From: Histomonas meleagridis 2922-C6/04-290x
Taxonomy: Eukaryota; Protista; Parabasalia
Direction of reading: 5' to 3'
DNA length: 64,000 nt
Assembly (NCBI GenBank): GCA_020184695.1
Contig: JAANOX010000233.1
Coordinates: forward strand, 62,001-126,000
The position numbers and the translations under genes are program-made. Numbering within the stretch: position 1 is the first letter of the stretch; the number at the start of each line of letters is the position of its first letter. The notes under the pieces were generated by a model. The model had not been told where the DNA came from, searched no databases, and was given only the letters and a program-made list of their open reading frames with translations. Below, piece after piece: positions 33,001 through 43,826 of this stretch.

Positions 33001-35955
33001 ATGAAAAGCATCACCATAGACCACCTCGCTGAATTTTTCGAGCGTGGGAATGCTTCTGAATTAGCTGAGTTTGGTGGTATTGAAGGACTTGTCAATGAAT
33101 TTCAAACTGATCTTCATAATGGAATTTCGGCCACAGAAGAAGCTTCAGGGTATAAAGAAAGGAAAGAGAAATGGGGTGTCAATATTATACCAGATCCACC
33201 CACTCGTTCATGGTGTGGATTTTTCCTTCTTACATTCAAAGATTTAATGTTGAAAATTCTTGTAATCATTTCCCTTATTTCCATTGTACTTACTGCCATA
33301 TTTAGTTATGATCAAGGTTGGGTTCATTTTATTGATCCTGTTGCTATTCTTTTATGTTCCTTAATTGTCAGTTGTGTTACAGCGCAAATTAACTATACGC
33401 AACAGAAAGCATTTATAGGGGTAAGTCGTCTAAAGAATGAATTTCTTGTGAATGTCATTCGAGCCGGTGAAGAAAAACAAATTTTATCAACAGAAATTTT
33501 AGTTGGAGACATATTATCCCTTAAAAACGGAGACGCCATTCCAGTTGATGGTATCTATATCTCAGGGCATGCCTTCTATGTTGATAATTCCCAAACCACT
33601 GGTGAAAGTGTCCCAATTCGTGTTAATGAACAAAACCCAGTTGTGTTTTCAGGCACAGCTGTTGACTCTGGTGATGCCATGATCTTAGTATGTGCAGTTG
33701 GTAATCATTCACAAAGTGGAATTACGATGTTGAAACTTAATGAGATTAGTTCTGCTGGTGAGAAGACACCATTAGAGAAGAAACTTGATGATGTTGCAGT
33801 TAAGATCACATACATGGGACTTGTTGGTGCTATTTTAACATTTGTTGTATTGTTGATCTTATGGATTCGAAACATTGTTGGTAAGAAATGGGAACGTAAA
33901 TTCCTTACGTCATTAATGGATAATTTAATGGTATCATTTACTATATTCATTGGTGCAGTTCCAGAAGGTTTACCATTAGCTGTTGTTATATCATTAGGAT
34001 TTTCTATGAAGAAGATGATGCGTGATAATAACTTCGTACGTAATATGTCTGCATGTGAAACTATGGGTGGCGCAACAACAATTTGTTCGGATAAAACAGG
34101 TACACTTACACAGAATAAGATGACTGTTGTTAAGTTTTATATGGATGGCCAAGACTTCGATGATAATCCAGCTAATGGTATACCGAAAGAAGTCATGAAT
34201 TTAATGGCTGATTCGATTGCATGTAATACTAATGCTTATATGACTGTTAAGCCAGGAGATACCAAACCTTCATATGTCGGCAAAAGTACCGAATGTGCAT
34301 TATTACAAATGATTACAGAAGCAGGTTATGACTATAAAGAAATTCGAGAATTACATCCAACAGCAGTATTACATGACTTTAATTCTACACGTAAGAGAAT
34401 GTCATCAGTAGTACCACATGATAATGGATATAGAGTATATGCTAAAGGTGCACCAGAAATATTAATTAAGAAATGTACACATTATATTAATTTGTCAAAT
34501 GAAATTAAGGAATTAGATGAAGTTACATCAGAAGATATCATTCAACGTGTTAATGAATTTGCAGATGATCAATTACGTACAATGTTAATTACATATGGCG
34601 AATTAGAAGGTACTGAATTCGATGATGATTGGAATGATCCAGCTAATGTCGAATGTAATTTAATTGTCATAGGTGTTTGTGGTATTCGAGATCCATTAAG
34701 ACCAGAAGTACCACATGCTATCGAACAATGTAAACAAGCCGGTGTTTTAGTTCGTATGGTTACCGGTGATAATATTAACACAGCTGTATCTATTGCAAGA
34801 CAATGTGGTATCTTAACAGAAGATGGACATGCAATGCTCGGAAAAGAATTCTCGTCAATGTCAAAGGTACAATTAATTGATCGATTACCTAAGTTACAAG
34901 TATTAGCACGTTCTTCCCCACTTGATAAGTATCGATTAGTATCATTATTAATGGAATGTGGTGAAGTCGTTGCTGTTACAGGTGATGGCTCAAATGATTC
35001 TACAGCGTTACGTAAAGCTAATGTTGGATTAGCTATGGGACAATGTGGTACAGAGTTAGCTAAGATGGCCTCTGATATAGTTATATTAGATGATAACTTT
35101 AATAGTATTGTCTCTGCATTAAAATGGGGGCGATGTATCTATGATAATGTCCGAAGTTTCTTACAATTCCAATTAACAGTTAATGTTTGTGCATTAATTA
35201 TCTCATTTGTCGGCTCATGTATATTACAAGGTTCACCATTTAGAGCTATCCAACTTTTATGGGTGTCATTAATTATGGACTCTATTGGAGCTTTAGCATT
35301 AGCTACTAAAGGTCCAATAGAATCATTATTAGATCGACCACCATATGGAGAAAGTGGTGCATTAATATCACGCTTAATGTATCGTAACATCATTGTCCAT
35401 GCATTATGGCAAACAGGTTTATGTTTACTTGTGTTATTTGGTGCTGAGAAGTTCTTCGAATTAGATACATCGAATGACAAAGCACAAAGCACATTCTTAT
35501 GGAACACATTTGTCTTTTGCCAAGTGTTTAACTTATTGAACTCACGCGTAACTGATCAATCGCAATCATTCTTCGAAGGATTCTTCTCTAACCCATACTT
35601 CTGGGGTTTGTTCGTGCTAATTGTCGTCGTGCAAGTCATTTTGGTGGAATTCGGTGGTGACGTGTTCGGTTGCATCGGATTGGGTTGGAAACAATGGCTG
35701 TACTCAGTCGGATTCGCATTGACTGAACTAATCGTAGGAGCGATATTGAGATTGATACCAATACACGATGACACAAGCGAAAGATTAATCGTAAATAGAG
35801 AAAAGAAGAGAGAAATAATGAGAAGAAGATACACCGGAATGACGCCGTCTATGATGTGGAGAGCACCAGACGTACCAGACGATATACCGGATAAGAAGGA
35901 TAATAAGAAGAAAGGAAAAGATAAAGGAAAAAATGACGAAATAGTATATACATAA
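33001..35955 (+). CDS. P-type ATPase, PMCA (P2B)-like, paralog of 26867..29818
   Basis: TGES, PEGLPLA, DKTGTLT, MVTGD and GDGSND motifs. TM6 reads WVSLIMD. Confidence 0.95.
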   Translation: MKSITIDHLAEFFERGNASELAEFGGIEGLVNEFQTDLHNGISATEEASGYKERKEKWGVNIIPDPPTRSWCGFFLLTFKDLMLKILVIISLISIVLTAIFSYDQGWVHFIDPVAILLCSLIVSCVTAQINYTQQKAFIGVSRLKNEFLVNVIRAGEEKQILSTEILVGDILSLKNGDAIPVDGIYISGHAFYVDNSQTTGESVPIRVNEQNPVVFSGTAVDSGDAMILVCAVGNHSQSGITMLKLNEISSAGEKTPLEKKLDDVAVKITYMGLVGAILTFVVLLILWIRNIVGKKWERKFLTSLMDNLMVSFTIFIGAVPEGLPLAVVISLGFSMKKMMRDNNFVRNMSACETMGGATTICSDKTGTLTQNKMTVVKFYMDGQDFDDNPANGIPKEVMNLMADSIACNTNAYMTVKPGDTKPSYVGKSTECALLQMITEAGYDYKEIRELHPTAVLHDFNSTRKRMSSVVPHDNGYRVYAKGAPEILIKKCTHYINLSNEIKELDEVTSEDIIQRVNEFADDQLRTMLITYGELEGTEFDDDWNDPANVECNLIVIGVCGIRDPLRPEVPHAIEQCKQAGVLVRMVTGDNINTAVSIARQCGILTEDGHAMLGKEFSSMSKVQLIDRLPKLQVLARSSPLDKYRLVSLLMECGEVVAVTGDGSNDSTALRKANVGLAMGQCGTELAKMASDIVILDDNFNSIVSALKWGRCIYDNVRSFLQFQLTVNVCALIISFVGSCILQGSPFRAIQLLWVSLIMDSIGALALATKGPIESLLDRPPYGESGALISRLMYRNIIVHALWQTGLCLLVLFGAEKFFELDTSNDKAQSTFLWNTFVFCQVFNLLNSRVTDQSQSFFEGFFSNPYFWGLFVLIVVVQVILVEFGGDVFGCIGLGWKQWLYSVGFALTELIVGAILRLIPIHDDTSERLIVNREKKREIMRRRYTGMTPSMMWRAPDVPDDIPDKKDNKKKGKDKGKNDEIVYT

Positions 35956-36040
35956 TCAATAACTATTAAAATAAAGAATTAAATGAATAAACAAATAAAT
36001 TGAAATAATTCAGTTTTGGTAAATAAAGAATTCAAATGAA

Positions 36041-36285
36041 GTTGCGCACCTTCAAATTGTTCAACAAATTAACACACAAATGTTTTGTTTAAGAATTGTG
36101 AAACAGCGTTATGTTGCACACCTTAAATGATAAATTAACACAGAAATATTTATATGTTTAAGGAATTGTGAAACAGCGTTATGTTGCGCACCTTAAATGA
36201 AAATTAACACAGAAATATTTATATGTTTAAGGAATTGTGTAACAACGTTATGTTGCAAACCTTACATGATAAATCAAACATTTTT
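36041..36285. repeat. About 69-70-bp intergenic tandem repeat, about 3.5 copies
   Basis: The unit aaacagcgttatgttgc(a/g)caccttaaatga...gtttaaggaattgtg starts at 36101 and 36171, with degenerate flanking copies. Confidence 0.85.
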
Positions 36286-36608
36286 GAAAAAATATGTAAT
36301 TTCCTATGTAAGGTAGTTTGCTTTTTGATAAAATGGTATAGTCATATTTCTTCTCGACCTGAAACAAATAAAAAACTCCAGTTGAATTAGTTGAGTTGAT
36401 TATAAGTAATTTTACTCTCGATGGAACAATCTTATGCAATTCAGCGTGATCAATACGATAAAAAACCGTTAACAAAATCCGCTCAAAATTGGATAACAAC
36501 CGCCACGCTGTTTTTTGAAAATGAGGCAATGTAAAAAACCAATTGAAAAAGTCGTTCGATTGTGATGATAGAAAATTTTGACCGTTCCGGCCACTAAAAT
36601 CACATCCA

Positions 36609-37517
36609 ATGAAGATTTACGAGTTCAGGATTATACTCCCGACTTCTGTAACACAGTACAAAATAGGTAATTTATACATGACCGCTCAGAGATCAAAAGA
36701 AGAATCAGAACAAGTTAAGGGCGAAGGAATTGAAACCATCACAAACGAACCTTTCCAAAACGAAAATGAATCTGGACAATACACATACAAGATAATGCAC
36801 TTTAAGACAAGGATCCCTGCTTTCCTCCGTTGGGCTCTTCCCGACAAATATTGTCATTGTCATGAGAAATCATGGAATTCTTACCCTCATTACCACACCG
36901 AGTATGCAGTACCAGGATTAGGTGACGATTTTCTAATGGAAATCGATTCACAACATTTTCCATATGAAAAAAACGGTAAAATACCAGAAAATGCTCTTAA
37001 CTTGAGCAAAAAGGAACTAAAGAAACGTAAGATTGTATATCTCGATATCCTTGACAGCAAGCCTAAACCAGATAAGAGTGAATATGATCTCCACGGTTTT
37101 GTCTGCCCTGAAGCAGGAATCACAACACCTCTTCAAGGAAGCCCTAAGAGAGCGAAAGCTAACGAGGAAAAACCACCTTTATGGTCAACACATTATGATG
37201 GTGAAATGATGATAGCAATTAAAGTTGTTAAATTTATGTTCCATTGGAAAGGCCTCCAAACAATAGCCGAGAAGTTTGCAATGAACACATTTTATCATAA
37301 TCTCTTTCTTGATACACATCGTCAATTGATGCGACTTGCTGATAAGTGGTATCCAATGACTATTGATGACGTCAGAGCGTTTGAAAATCAAATCATAGAG
37401 GAGTCACGTCAACTTGAGTTCGACCGCGACGAAGACAAAGAAGACGAAGAAATCCCTGATAAACCGCCAGAAGGCATTCAAATTCCACCCGAAGAACCGT
37501 CAACAAGTTCAAGCTGA
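36609..37517 (+). CDS. Phosphatidylinositol transfer protein (PITP)
   Basis: EFRIILP, GEGIE...NEPF, GQYTYK, EKSWNSYP, KVVKF motifs. Confidence 0.93.
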   Translation: MKIYEFRIILPTSVTQYKIGNLYMTAQRSKEESEQVKGEGIETITNEPFQNENESGQYTYKIMHFKTRIPAFLRWALPDKYCHCHEKSWNSYPHYHTEYAVPGLGDDFLMEIDSQHFPYEKNGKIPENALNLSKKELKKRKIVYLDILDSKPKPDKSEYDLHGFVCPEAGITTPLQGSPKRAKANEEKPPLWSTHYDGEMMIAIKVVKFMFHWKGLQTIAEKFAMNTFYHNLFLDTHRQLMRLADKWYPMTIDDVRAFENQIIEESRQLEFDRDEDKEDEEIPDKPPEGIQIPPEEPSTSSS

Positions 37518-38051
37518 AAACTGATTTTATAAACACATATAAGTGTTATATGCATTTTAAAATTTTATTTTTTGAATTTTCCAAGAGCAATCTGATACAT
37601 ATTTACATAAGTATGTTGTAATTTACGGTAAATTACAGTGTCCCCGAAGATGAAATTTTTTTCTTATTATAAATTTATAATAATTTATCTATAGATGATG
37701 ACTGAGTCATCATGAACAAAACGCTTTAAATTAGGCCCTAATTTAACTAGGAAAGTTTCATCTTGAAATATCGTGTTAATCTTGAATAAAATCGGTGATT
37801 TAAAAAACACGTTAATTGGCCTTAACGTGCAAAAATGGGAGCCAGCGAACTTTGAGGACAGAAGGGTAAGTAAAAATATTTATATATATATGTACAATTT
37901 TCTTTTTTTCTTTCCCAATGCTGTAGAAAAGTTTGTGTTTCAAAAGATAATGACTCGAAAGAAATGTTTACTGAATAATTTAAAATAAATAAAAACCGAT
38001 AAACTATTAAAATAATTATCGCTTCCCGTTCTACTTAGTTAACAATTCGAT

Positions 38052-39116
38052 CTAATTATCATCAATTTGGTAATATTGCTGATTATTAGGACAATAATAA
38101 CAATCAAGAGCCTCAATATAAACAAGCTCTAACTCCTCTTCTTCAGTTTCTAAGTTTGATTCTCTTATTGGCATCTTCCCTAAAAAAGCTTCATCTGATG
38201 ATGAATCATATTCAAAATCATTTTCAAACGTAATTTTTGCAGTTTTATTGCGTTTCACTTCGGGCTTCTTTATCTCGTGCTGGGATCCACCTGTTTTTGC
38301 CCTTTTTGTTCCTTTACTTTTTGATCCTTGGGAATAAATCGGTATTTTGGATTTTCGCTCTACCTTAGGTTGTGGATCTGAGATAAGAACTGTTGATTGC
38401 GGAAGAGTTCCAATGAGCTTCATTTTGTTTGGAACATCTGATCCTGATAATTCGGGTCTTAAAGGACTGGATATTCCAAATATATAGCGAATAAGACAAG
38501 TAGGCGTTATTTCAATGCTGTGCACTGAGTCAAATTCGCCATTAGGCCAATAATTTGTAACAATATATTGAATATCAAAACATAAATTAACCCAAACATC
38601 ATGTGGTATTTTAGGAAGGAGTATATTCCTTGAGTTTTTTTGAATGATTTTTTGTGGTTTTTTCTCTATAGTCGAAAATGAAAATTTGAATATTGTATTT
38701 AATCCGCGTACTGAGATTCTTATATTCACTGGATCATTTGCTTTGTGAAAAATTTGTATAACAAAATATTTTTGTTTTATTTCTAATGAATCATTAGGAT
38801 TTTCAGGGAAACGAAAAATTTTTATCCCAGATATATTATATGAGGCAGTTCGTGTATTTGCAACATATTCGAATTTGTAAGATGGATTTATATTTGGACC
38901 AAAAACAATAGTTGGTTTTTGCTCCATTTCTGATGAAAGCCGTTTTAATGTAGCTAAACGGTCAAAATGTGACAATAAGTTTTCACGAAAATTTTTTCTT
39001 TTATTTAAATCTCCAAGATAAAACATAAATATTCTGGTGAACGAGAAAACTATACTAGGCAGTGATAAGTTGCATACACAAATTTTTTTCCTCATTTTTT
39101 TTTCATTTATTGCCAA
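38052..39116 (-). CDS. CFAP20/DUF667-domain protein (CFAP20DC-like); start probably downstream, e.g. ATG 38927
   Basis: YFVIQI...WVNLCFDI...FDSVHSIEITPTCLIRYIF resembles the DUF667 C-terminus; followed by a basic/acidic tail. Confidence 0.6.
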   Translation of the reverse strand: MAINEKKMRKKICVCNLSLPSIVFSFTRIFMFYLGDLNKRKNFRENLLSHFDRLATLKRLSSEMEQKPTIVFGPNINPSYKFEYVANTRTASYNISGIKIFRFPENPNDSLEIKQKYFVIQIFHKANDPVNIRISVRGLNTIFKFSFSTIEKKPQKIIQKNSRNILLPKIPHDVWVNLCFDIQYIVTNYWPNGEFDSVHSIEITPTCLIRYIFGISSPLRPELSGSDVPNKMKLIGTLPQSTVLISDPQPKVERKSKIPIYSQGSKSKGTKRAKTGGSQHEIKKPEVKRNKTAKITFENDFEYDSSSDEAFLGKMPIRESNLETEEEELELVYIEALDCYYCPNNQQYYQIDDN

Positions 39117-39398
39117 ATTTTTTGGATGAAACTAACTTATTTTCTATTACCAACTGTTGTTCAAACCAGGCAATCATTCTATCTTTCATTTTCATAAATA
39201 CACATAAAATATTTCAAGCTCCATGATAGACTGCCGTGAAAAGCTTGTTGCCTACACATGTAACATTGTTCATAGAGCACGTATTTACTCATTTCACTCG
39301 TTAACATTATAAAATCTTTTTCTCGATTTTTTTTTTTTACATATTTTAGATAATTCAAATTTTTGGGACTGAATATATGTTAAAACTTCAATTTACTA

Positions 39399-40949
39399 TA
39401 CCATTTTCACATCATGTTGGCCATTTTCTGTTTCAATATGGCCATTTTCCGTTTCAAGGTGGCCAACCGTTTTCTATCGTAAATCTTAAAATTCAAGATT
39501 TAAAAAACCGAATTTTTTTTTGAGTGAAGCATCTTTTAAATTCTATGTTGTAAAATGTTGTATTTGTTTATTATTTTAAAATGTGTATGCCTAGATATAT
39601 GCCTCGTGTCAAAGATTTAGAGGCTTTAACAAAAACAATTGTGAATGGTGAAGATCCTAATGTAGTAGGATCAGCTCTTGGAATGTCTTCAAGGACAATT
39701 AGAAGAAGAACTCACCAAATTATGGAGAATAATTTTAATTGTCCACCAATTTCAAATAGAGGAGGTCCTCATCATCAAATCGTTACTCCTGAGATGGAAG
39801 AATTTATTATAAATTATGTGGAAGAAAACAGTGCATCAACACTTCTCGAAATCAAAAATGCTTTATTAAAACACTTTAAAATACCAAATGATCAGATATA
39901 TTTATCTACAATTCACTGTCATTTGGATGGAAATTTTGTTTCTTATGAAAAGCTTCGCTATGTTTCTGCAAATGCAAATACACCAGAAATAATTCAACAG
40001 CGAGTAAATTATTTAAATCAATTGACAAATTTATCAGAGAGTATTCAACAAATTTACATTGATGAATCAAATTTTACAATTTTGACGAGAAGAAATATGG
40101 GAAGATCTAAATTTGGAAAAAGAGCAGTTCAATCATCATTAATCGATGGATGTAGAAAAATCAATATTTTAGCAGCTGTTAGTCCAAATTATGGTTGGGT
40201 ATACCATGAAACTGAAACAAATAATGTTGATGCAATTCGATTTGAAGAATATTTTAAAAATTTAATTAATGATTTAAAGACAAAATATCCAAATCAAAAA
40301 TTTGTCTTAATTTTAGATGATTATTCAATTCATCGACAATATGAACTACTTAAATTATGCCAAAAAGCTCAGTTTGTACTTTTATTTCTACCACCATATT
40401 CCCCATATCTTAATCCAATTGAAAGATGTTTTAGTCAAACTAAAGCATATGTAAAAAGATATTTACAAGAGAAAAATCAAATTCTTCTGAGTACAATTAA
40501 TCTTCCTTTTGGGAAAAAAGGAGTTGTTCGATTTCAGGTTCTCGAAGAAGCAATAAATGATGCAATTCAAAATGTTACGAGGGAAAATGTACAAAATTAT
40601 TTGAATTATTCATACAAATTTTATCCTATAATATTTCAAATGATACCAATCATAATTGTAAAAATACTCTTTTTAATTATTTATATTATTTTATATGAAA
40701 AAAATTAGAATGTACATATAAAAAATATCGATATTTTTTGGAATACAACATTTTACAACATAGAATTTAAAAGATGCTTCACTCAAAAAAAAATTCGGTT
40801 TTTTAAATCTTGAATTTTAAGATTTACGATAGAAAACGGTTGGCCACCTTGAAACGGAAAATGGCCATAATGAAACAGAAAATGGCCATATTGAAACAGA
40901 AAATGGCCATATTGAAACGGAAAATGGCCAACATGATGTGAAAATGGTA
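39399..40949 (+). mobile_element. Tc1/IS630-superfamily DNA transposon, 1551 bp, long TIRs, TA target duplication
   Basis: Termini TACCATTTTCAC...GTGAAAATGGTA; TA at 39397-39398 and 40950-40951; TIRs at about 39399-39564 and 40742-40949. Confidence 0.95.
39581..40708 (+). CDS. DD34E transposase, intact ORF
   Basis: YIDES, LILDDYSIH and YSPYLNPIE; 34 residues between the second D and the E; N-terminal HTH region. Confidence 0.95.
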   Translation: MCMPRYMPRVKDLEALTKTIVNGEDPNVVGSALGMSSRTIRRRTHQIMENNFNCPPISNRGGPHHQIVTPEMEEFIINYVEENSASTLLEIKNALLKHFKIPNDQIYLSTIHCHLDGNFVSYEKLRYVSANANTPEIIQQRVNYLNQLTNLSESIQQIYIDESNFTILTRRNMGRSKFGKRAVQSSLIDGCRKINILAAVSPNYGWVYHETETNNVDAIRFEEYFKNLINDLKTKYPNQKFVLILDDYSIHRQYELLKLCQKAQFVLLFLPPYSPYLNPIERCFSQTKAYVKRYLQEKNQILLSTINLPFGKKGVVRFQVLEEAINDAIQNVTRENVQNYLNYSYKFYPIIFQMIPIIIVKILFLIIYIILYEKN

Positions 40950-41145
40950 TAATAAAGTATATAAAAATTTAGATTTATCTAAAATTTTGTTATTGGTCTA
41001 CAGGTTTTTTCACGGCAGTTTAGGAATCATTACTGGAGACCTAATAAGAAATAAATTAAATTTAATTCAGGTACAAAGTAATTTAATTAAAATTTGCGAT
41101 ATTCGAATATGATTAATCATTAAAAATTAATTTAAAAACAATTAT

Positions 41146-42498
41146 TTATTTCTTACTAAACAGAGAGTCATAACCCATTACTAATGGCTCAAGTGCTTCC
41201 GCAATTCCTTCTTCGCCTTCAAATTGTTCGGCTGGTATTTTCGGTGGTACGTCCAATATTCTGTCTACGATTATATCAACTGTTTGTAACGCAAATTTTG
41301 GCTCATCAATTTCCATTAACTGCGGAGTTCCCCCTTTTCGATAATAATTTACTCCATTTTGAGCGATTCTTTCTTGAAATGGAAGAGTATTAGAGCATTG
41401 CTGTGCACCTGTTTCATATATTTTCCTTGCCATTGCGTGATCTCCTGTACTTTCACAGATATATCCAAGATTTAACCAAGCCTCAGGAATATCAGTATGA
41501 TTTCCTATAGCTCTTTGGAAAGCGATCTTAGCGTCTTCATATTGTTCACTCTTAAAGTAAAGAATACCAAGACCACACCAAAAAAGTGGTGATTCGCACC
41601 AATAGTTTGAACATTCGCAATATTTTTGATAGGCAAGCGTGAGGTTTTGTTGTTTCATTGCAATGCGTGCAGAAATAAGCTTGATAACAGGACTAGTGGT
41701 TTGGTCTTCGCTGAGATTGTTGAGGATATCGTTCGCGACCGTTAAATATTGATCGGCGTTTTGAAATGACAGAAACCAAAGAAACTGTTGAATTACACAG
41801 TCAGAGCGAGGATATTTAGCATAAAGTTTGGCGTACAGTTGATAAGCACTATATGTTAGGCCAGAGCATTGATATGTAAATGCAATTTGGAAATTGATGT
41901 CATCTTCAACAAGATTAGCTGGTGGATGAGCAAGAACGTTTTGAAGAAAACCAATGCCTTCCTCGTATCGTGAAAGTTGCCTGTAGCTGATGGAAAGATG
42001 AAATAAAAGATCGTTGATTTCAGGGAATTTAGGAGCAATTTGGATAACTTTCGCAAAAAATCGTATTGCTTCTTCATTATACCTGAAATGTTGATAGACA
42101 ATACCTGAACAATACCAAAAATATGGATTTTGAATTTTATCTGTTATTCTGTGAACATGAGAATAAGATGAATAAGCATTTGGGAAATCATTTAAAACAA
42201 GGTAACAATGCCCAAGCAAAATCCAAGATTGAACATTATTTAAATCTTCTTCAACAAGTTTAGAATGTTTTTGAATAATTTTTGATATTGTTTCCGATGA
42301 TTTTTTTATTTTTGGAAATTCATTTGAAACAGGTTCACTTGTTGGATTGTAAGAAATAATTTTATGTGCACTAAAAACAGAATCTTCTTCAAATGGTAAG
42401 TTCTTTGTTGTCTTCATCATTGTAGTCCAAGATCTCTCGAATTCTAAGCATGCAATTGATATGCGTTGCCTAAGAGCATCAGAGAGTTGTGCAACCAT
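41146..42498 (-). CDS. TPR-repeat protein, Cyc8/Ssn6-like
   Basis: Tandem TPRs, including WILLGHCYL...AYSSY and FWYCSGIVYQHF, which resemble Cyc8/UTX TPRs. Confidence 0.8.
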   Translation of the reverse strand: MVAQLSDALRQRISIACLEFERSWTTMMKTTKNLPFEEDSVFSAHKIISYNPTSEPVSNEFPKIKKSSETISKIIQKHSKLVEEDLNNVQSWILLGHCYLVLNDFPNAYSSYSHVHRITDKIQNPYFWYCSGIVYQHFRYNEEAIRFFAKVIQIAPKFPEINDLLFHLSISYRQLSRYEEGIGFLQNVLAHPPANLVEDDINFQIAFTYQCSGLTYSAYQLYAKLYAKYPRSDCVIQQFLWFLSFQNADQYLTVANDILNNLSEDQTTSPVIKLISARIAMKQQNLTLAYQKYCECSNYWCESPLFWCGLGILYFKSEQYEDAKIAFQRAIGNHTDIPEAWLNLGYICESTGDHAMARKIYETGAQQCSNTLPFQERIAQNGVNYYRKGGTPQLMEIDEPKFALQTVDIIVDRILDVPPKIPAEQFEGEEGIAEALEPLVMGYDSLFSKK

Positions 42499-42808
42499 AT
42501 TTATGTGTTGGTCACACCAGAAATATTTTAAGGATGCCCTAATTCGTACGTTTTTATTTCAGATAGACTTTGTAAATCATCATTCCTATTTTTCATTCAA
42601 TACATGTCTTCTAAATTTCAATTCGATTGAAAATTGAATATAAACCAAAGAAAATATCTCTATTATTGAACTATCATTTTTGGATTTTTGGCCAAACAAG
42701 CTTAGTCAATTTCTTGACGATGGACATGCAGTTGTGATTTGCTTAATCAATTTTTGAATGTTCAATTCAATTGATTTATATACTTTACTTTTTATATTTC
42801 GCCAATAA

Positions 42809-43164
42809 TGATTTGTTGGTTGTCATTTGAATCATTATAAGATCAAGAAACTGTCGTATTATGACTTGCTGATTGTCAAGGTCACCCGGATTTTTCTTTG
42901 ATTTACGCAGCATATTTCGAAAAAGTGACATTACCCACTTTTGCTTATATGGAGGTTAATTGCAAATAATGATTTGTTGGTTGTCCTATCGTAGTGACAC
43001 TTTTTGTATTTCTGTGTTTTATGGCATTTTATGATTTGCTTGTTGCCATAACCGACGCACACTTTTTATTTTTGATAAGTTTATAGTCATTTGTGATTTG
43101 CTTGATGCCATTTCAGTCAATTCCTCTCAATTTTTTTCAATAAAAAATGATTTGTTCATTGCCA
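42809..43164 (+). promoter_or_regulatory. Array of six same-orientation 17-mers (TGAYTTGYTNRWTGYCM) upstream of the Myb gene
   Basis: Copies start at 42809, 42862, 42970, 43032, 43094 and 43148, with a partial copy at 42735. Confidence 0.6.
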
Positions 43165-43214
43165 AACGCATTCAAAAAAGATAGTGAAAAAAATGTTTCA
43201 TTTTCATACTTAGA

Positions 43215-43826
43215 ATGTTCTTTACAAATGCACTTTTACAACAAATGGAAACACCACAACCAAGTACAAACATAAGAAACTTCAAACCTCATGCGAAGTT
43301 TAACGAAGAAGAAGATGAGCGCTTAAAAGAAGTTGTCTCACGTCTTGGTGATTATGATTGGAATCTTATTGCACAAGAAATGCCTGGTCGTAATGCACGT
43401 CAATGCAAAGAGCGCTGGAGTTATTACTTATCTCCATCACTCAATACTTCCCCATGGACAGAAGAAGAAGATAAATTGCTTCTCTTAAAGCAGCGTGAGC
43501 TTGGCTCCAAATGGGTTAAGATATCGAAATTCTTCCTTAATCGCACAGATGCTATGGTTAAAAACAGATTCCAAGTTCTCATGAGAAAGATGAAGAAAGG
43601 ATGTCTTACTTTCCCATATGAACAGAAGCAACCGGTTTACCAAATTTCCAATGTTCCATCAATTGTTAGTGTAAATCATACAGATGTGATAACACAACAA
43701 CCAGAAAACAGAAGTGACCCTTCATCTCCAATTGAATCGTCAGCGGAACCAAGTATTTTTGATACTGATTTTGATGATTTGTTTCAAGGTGATGATTTTG
43801 TTTTCGATAACTTTATTGATTTCTAA
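43215..43826 (+). CDS. R2R3 Myb transcription factor
   Basis: KFNEEED...WNLIAQEMPGRNARQCKERW and PWTEEED...W...NRTDAMVKNRF. Confidence 0.96.
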   Translation: MFFTNALLQQMETPQPSTNIRNFKPHAKFNEEEDERLKEVVSRLGDYDWNLIAQEMPGRNARQCKERWSYYLSPSLNTSPWTEEEDKLLLLKQRELGSKWVKISKFFLNRTDAMVKNRFQVLMRKMKKGCLTFPYEQKQPVYQISNVPSIVSVNHTDVITQQPENRSDPSSPIESSAEPSIFDTDFDDLFQGDDFVFDNFIDF

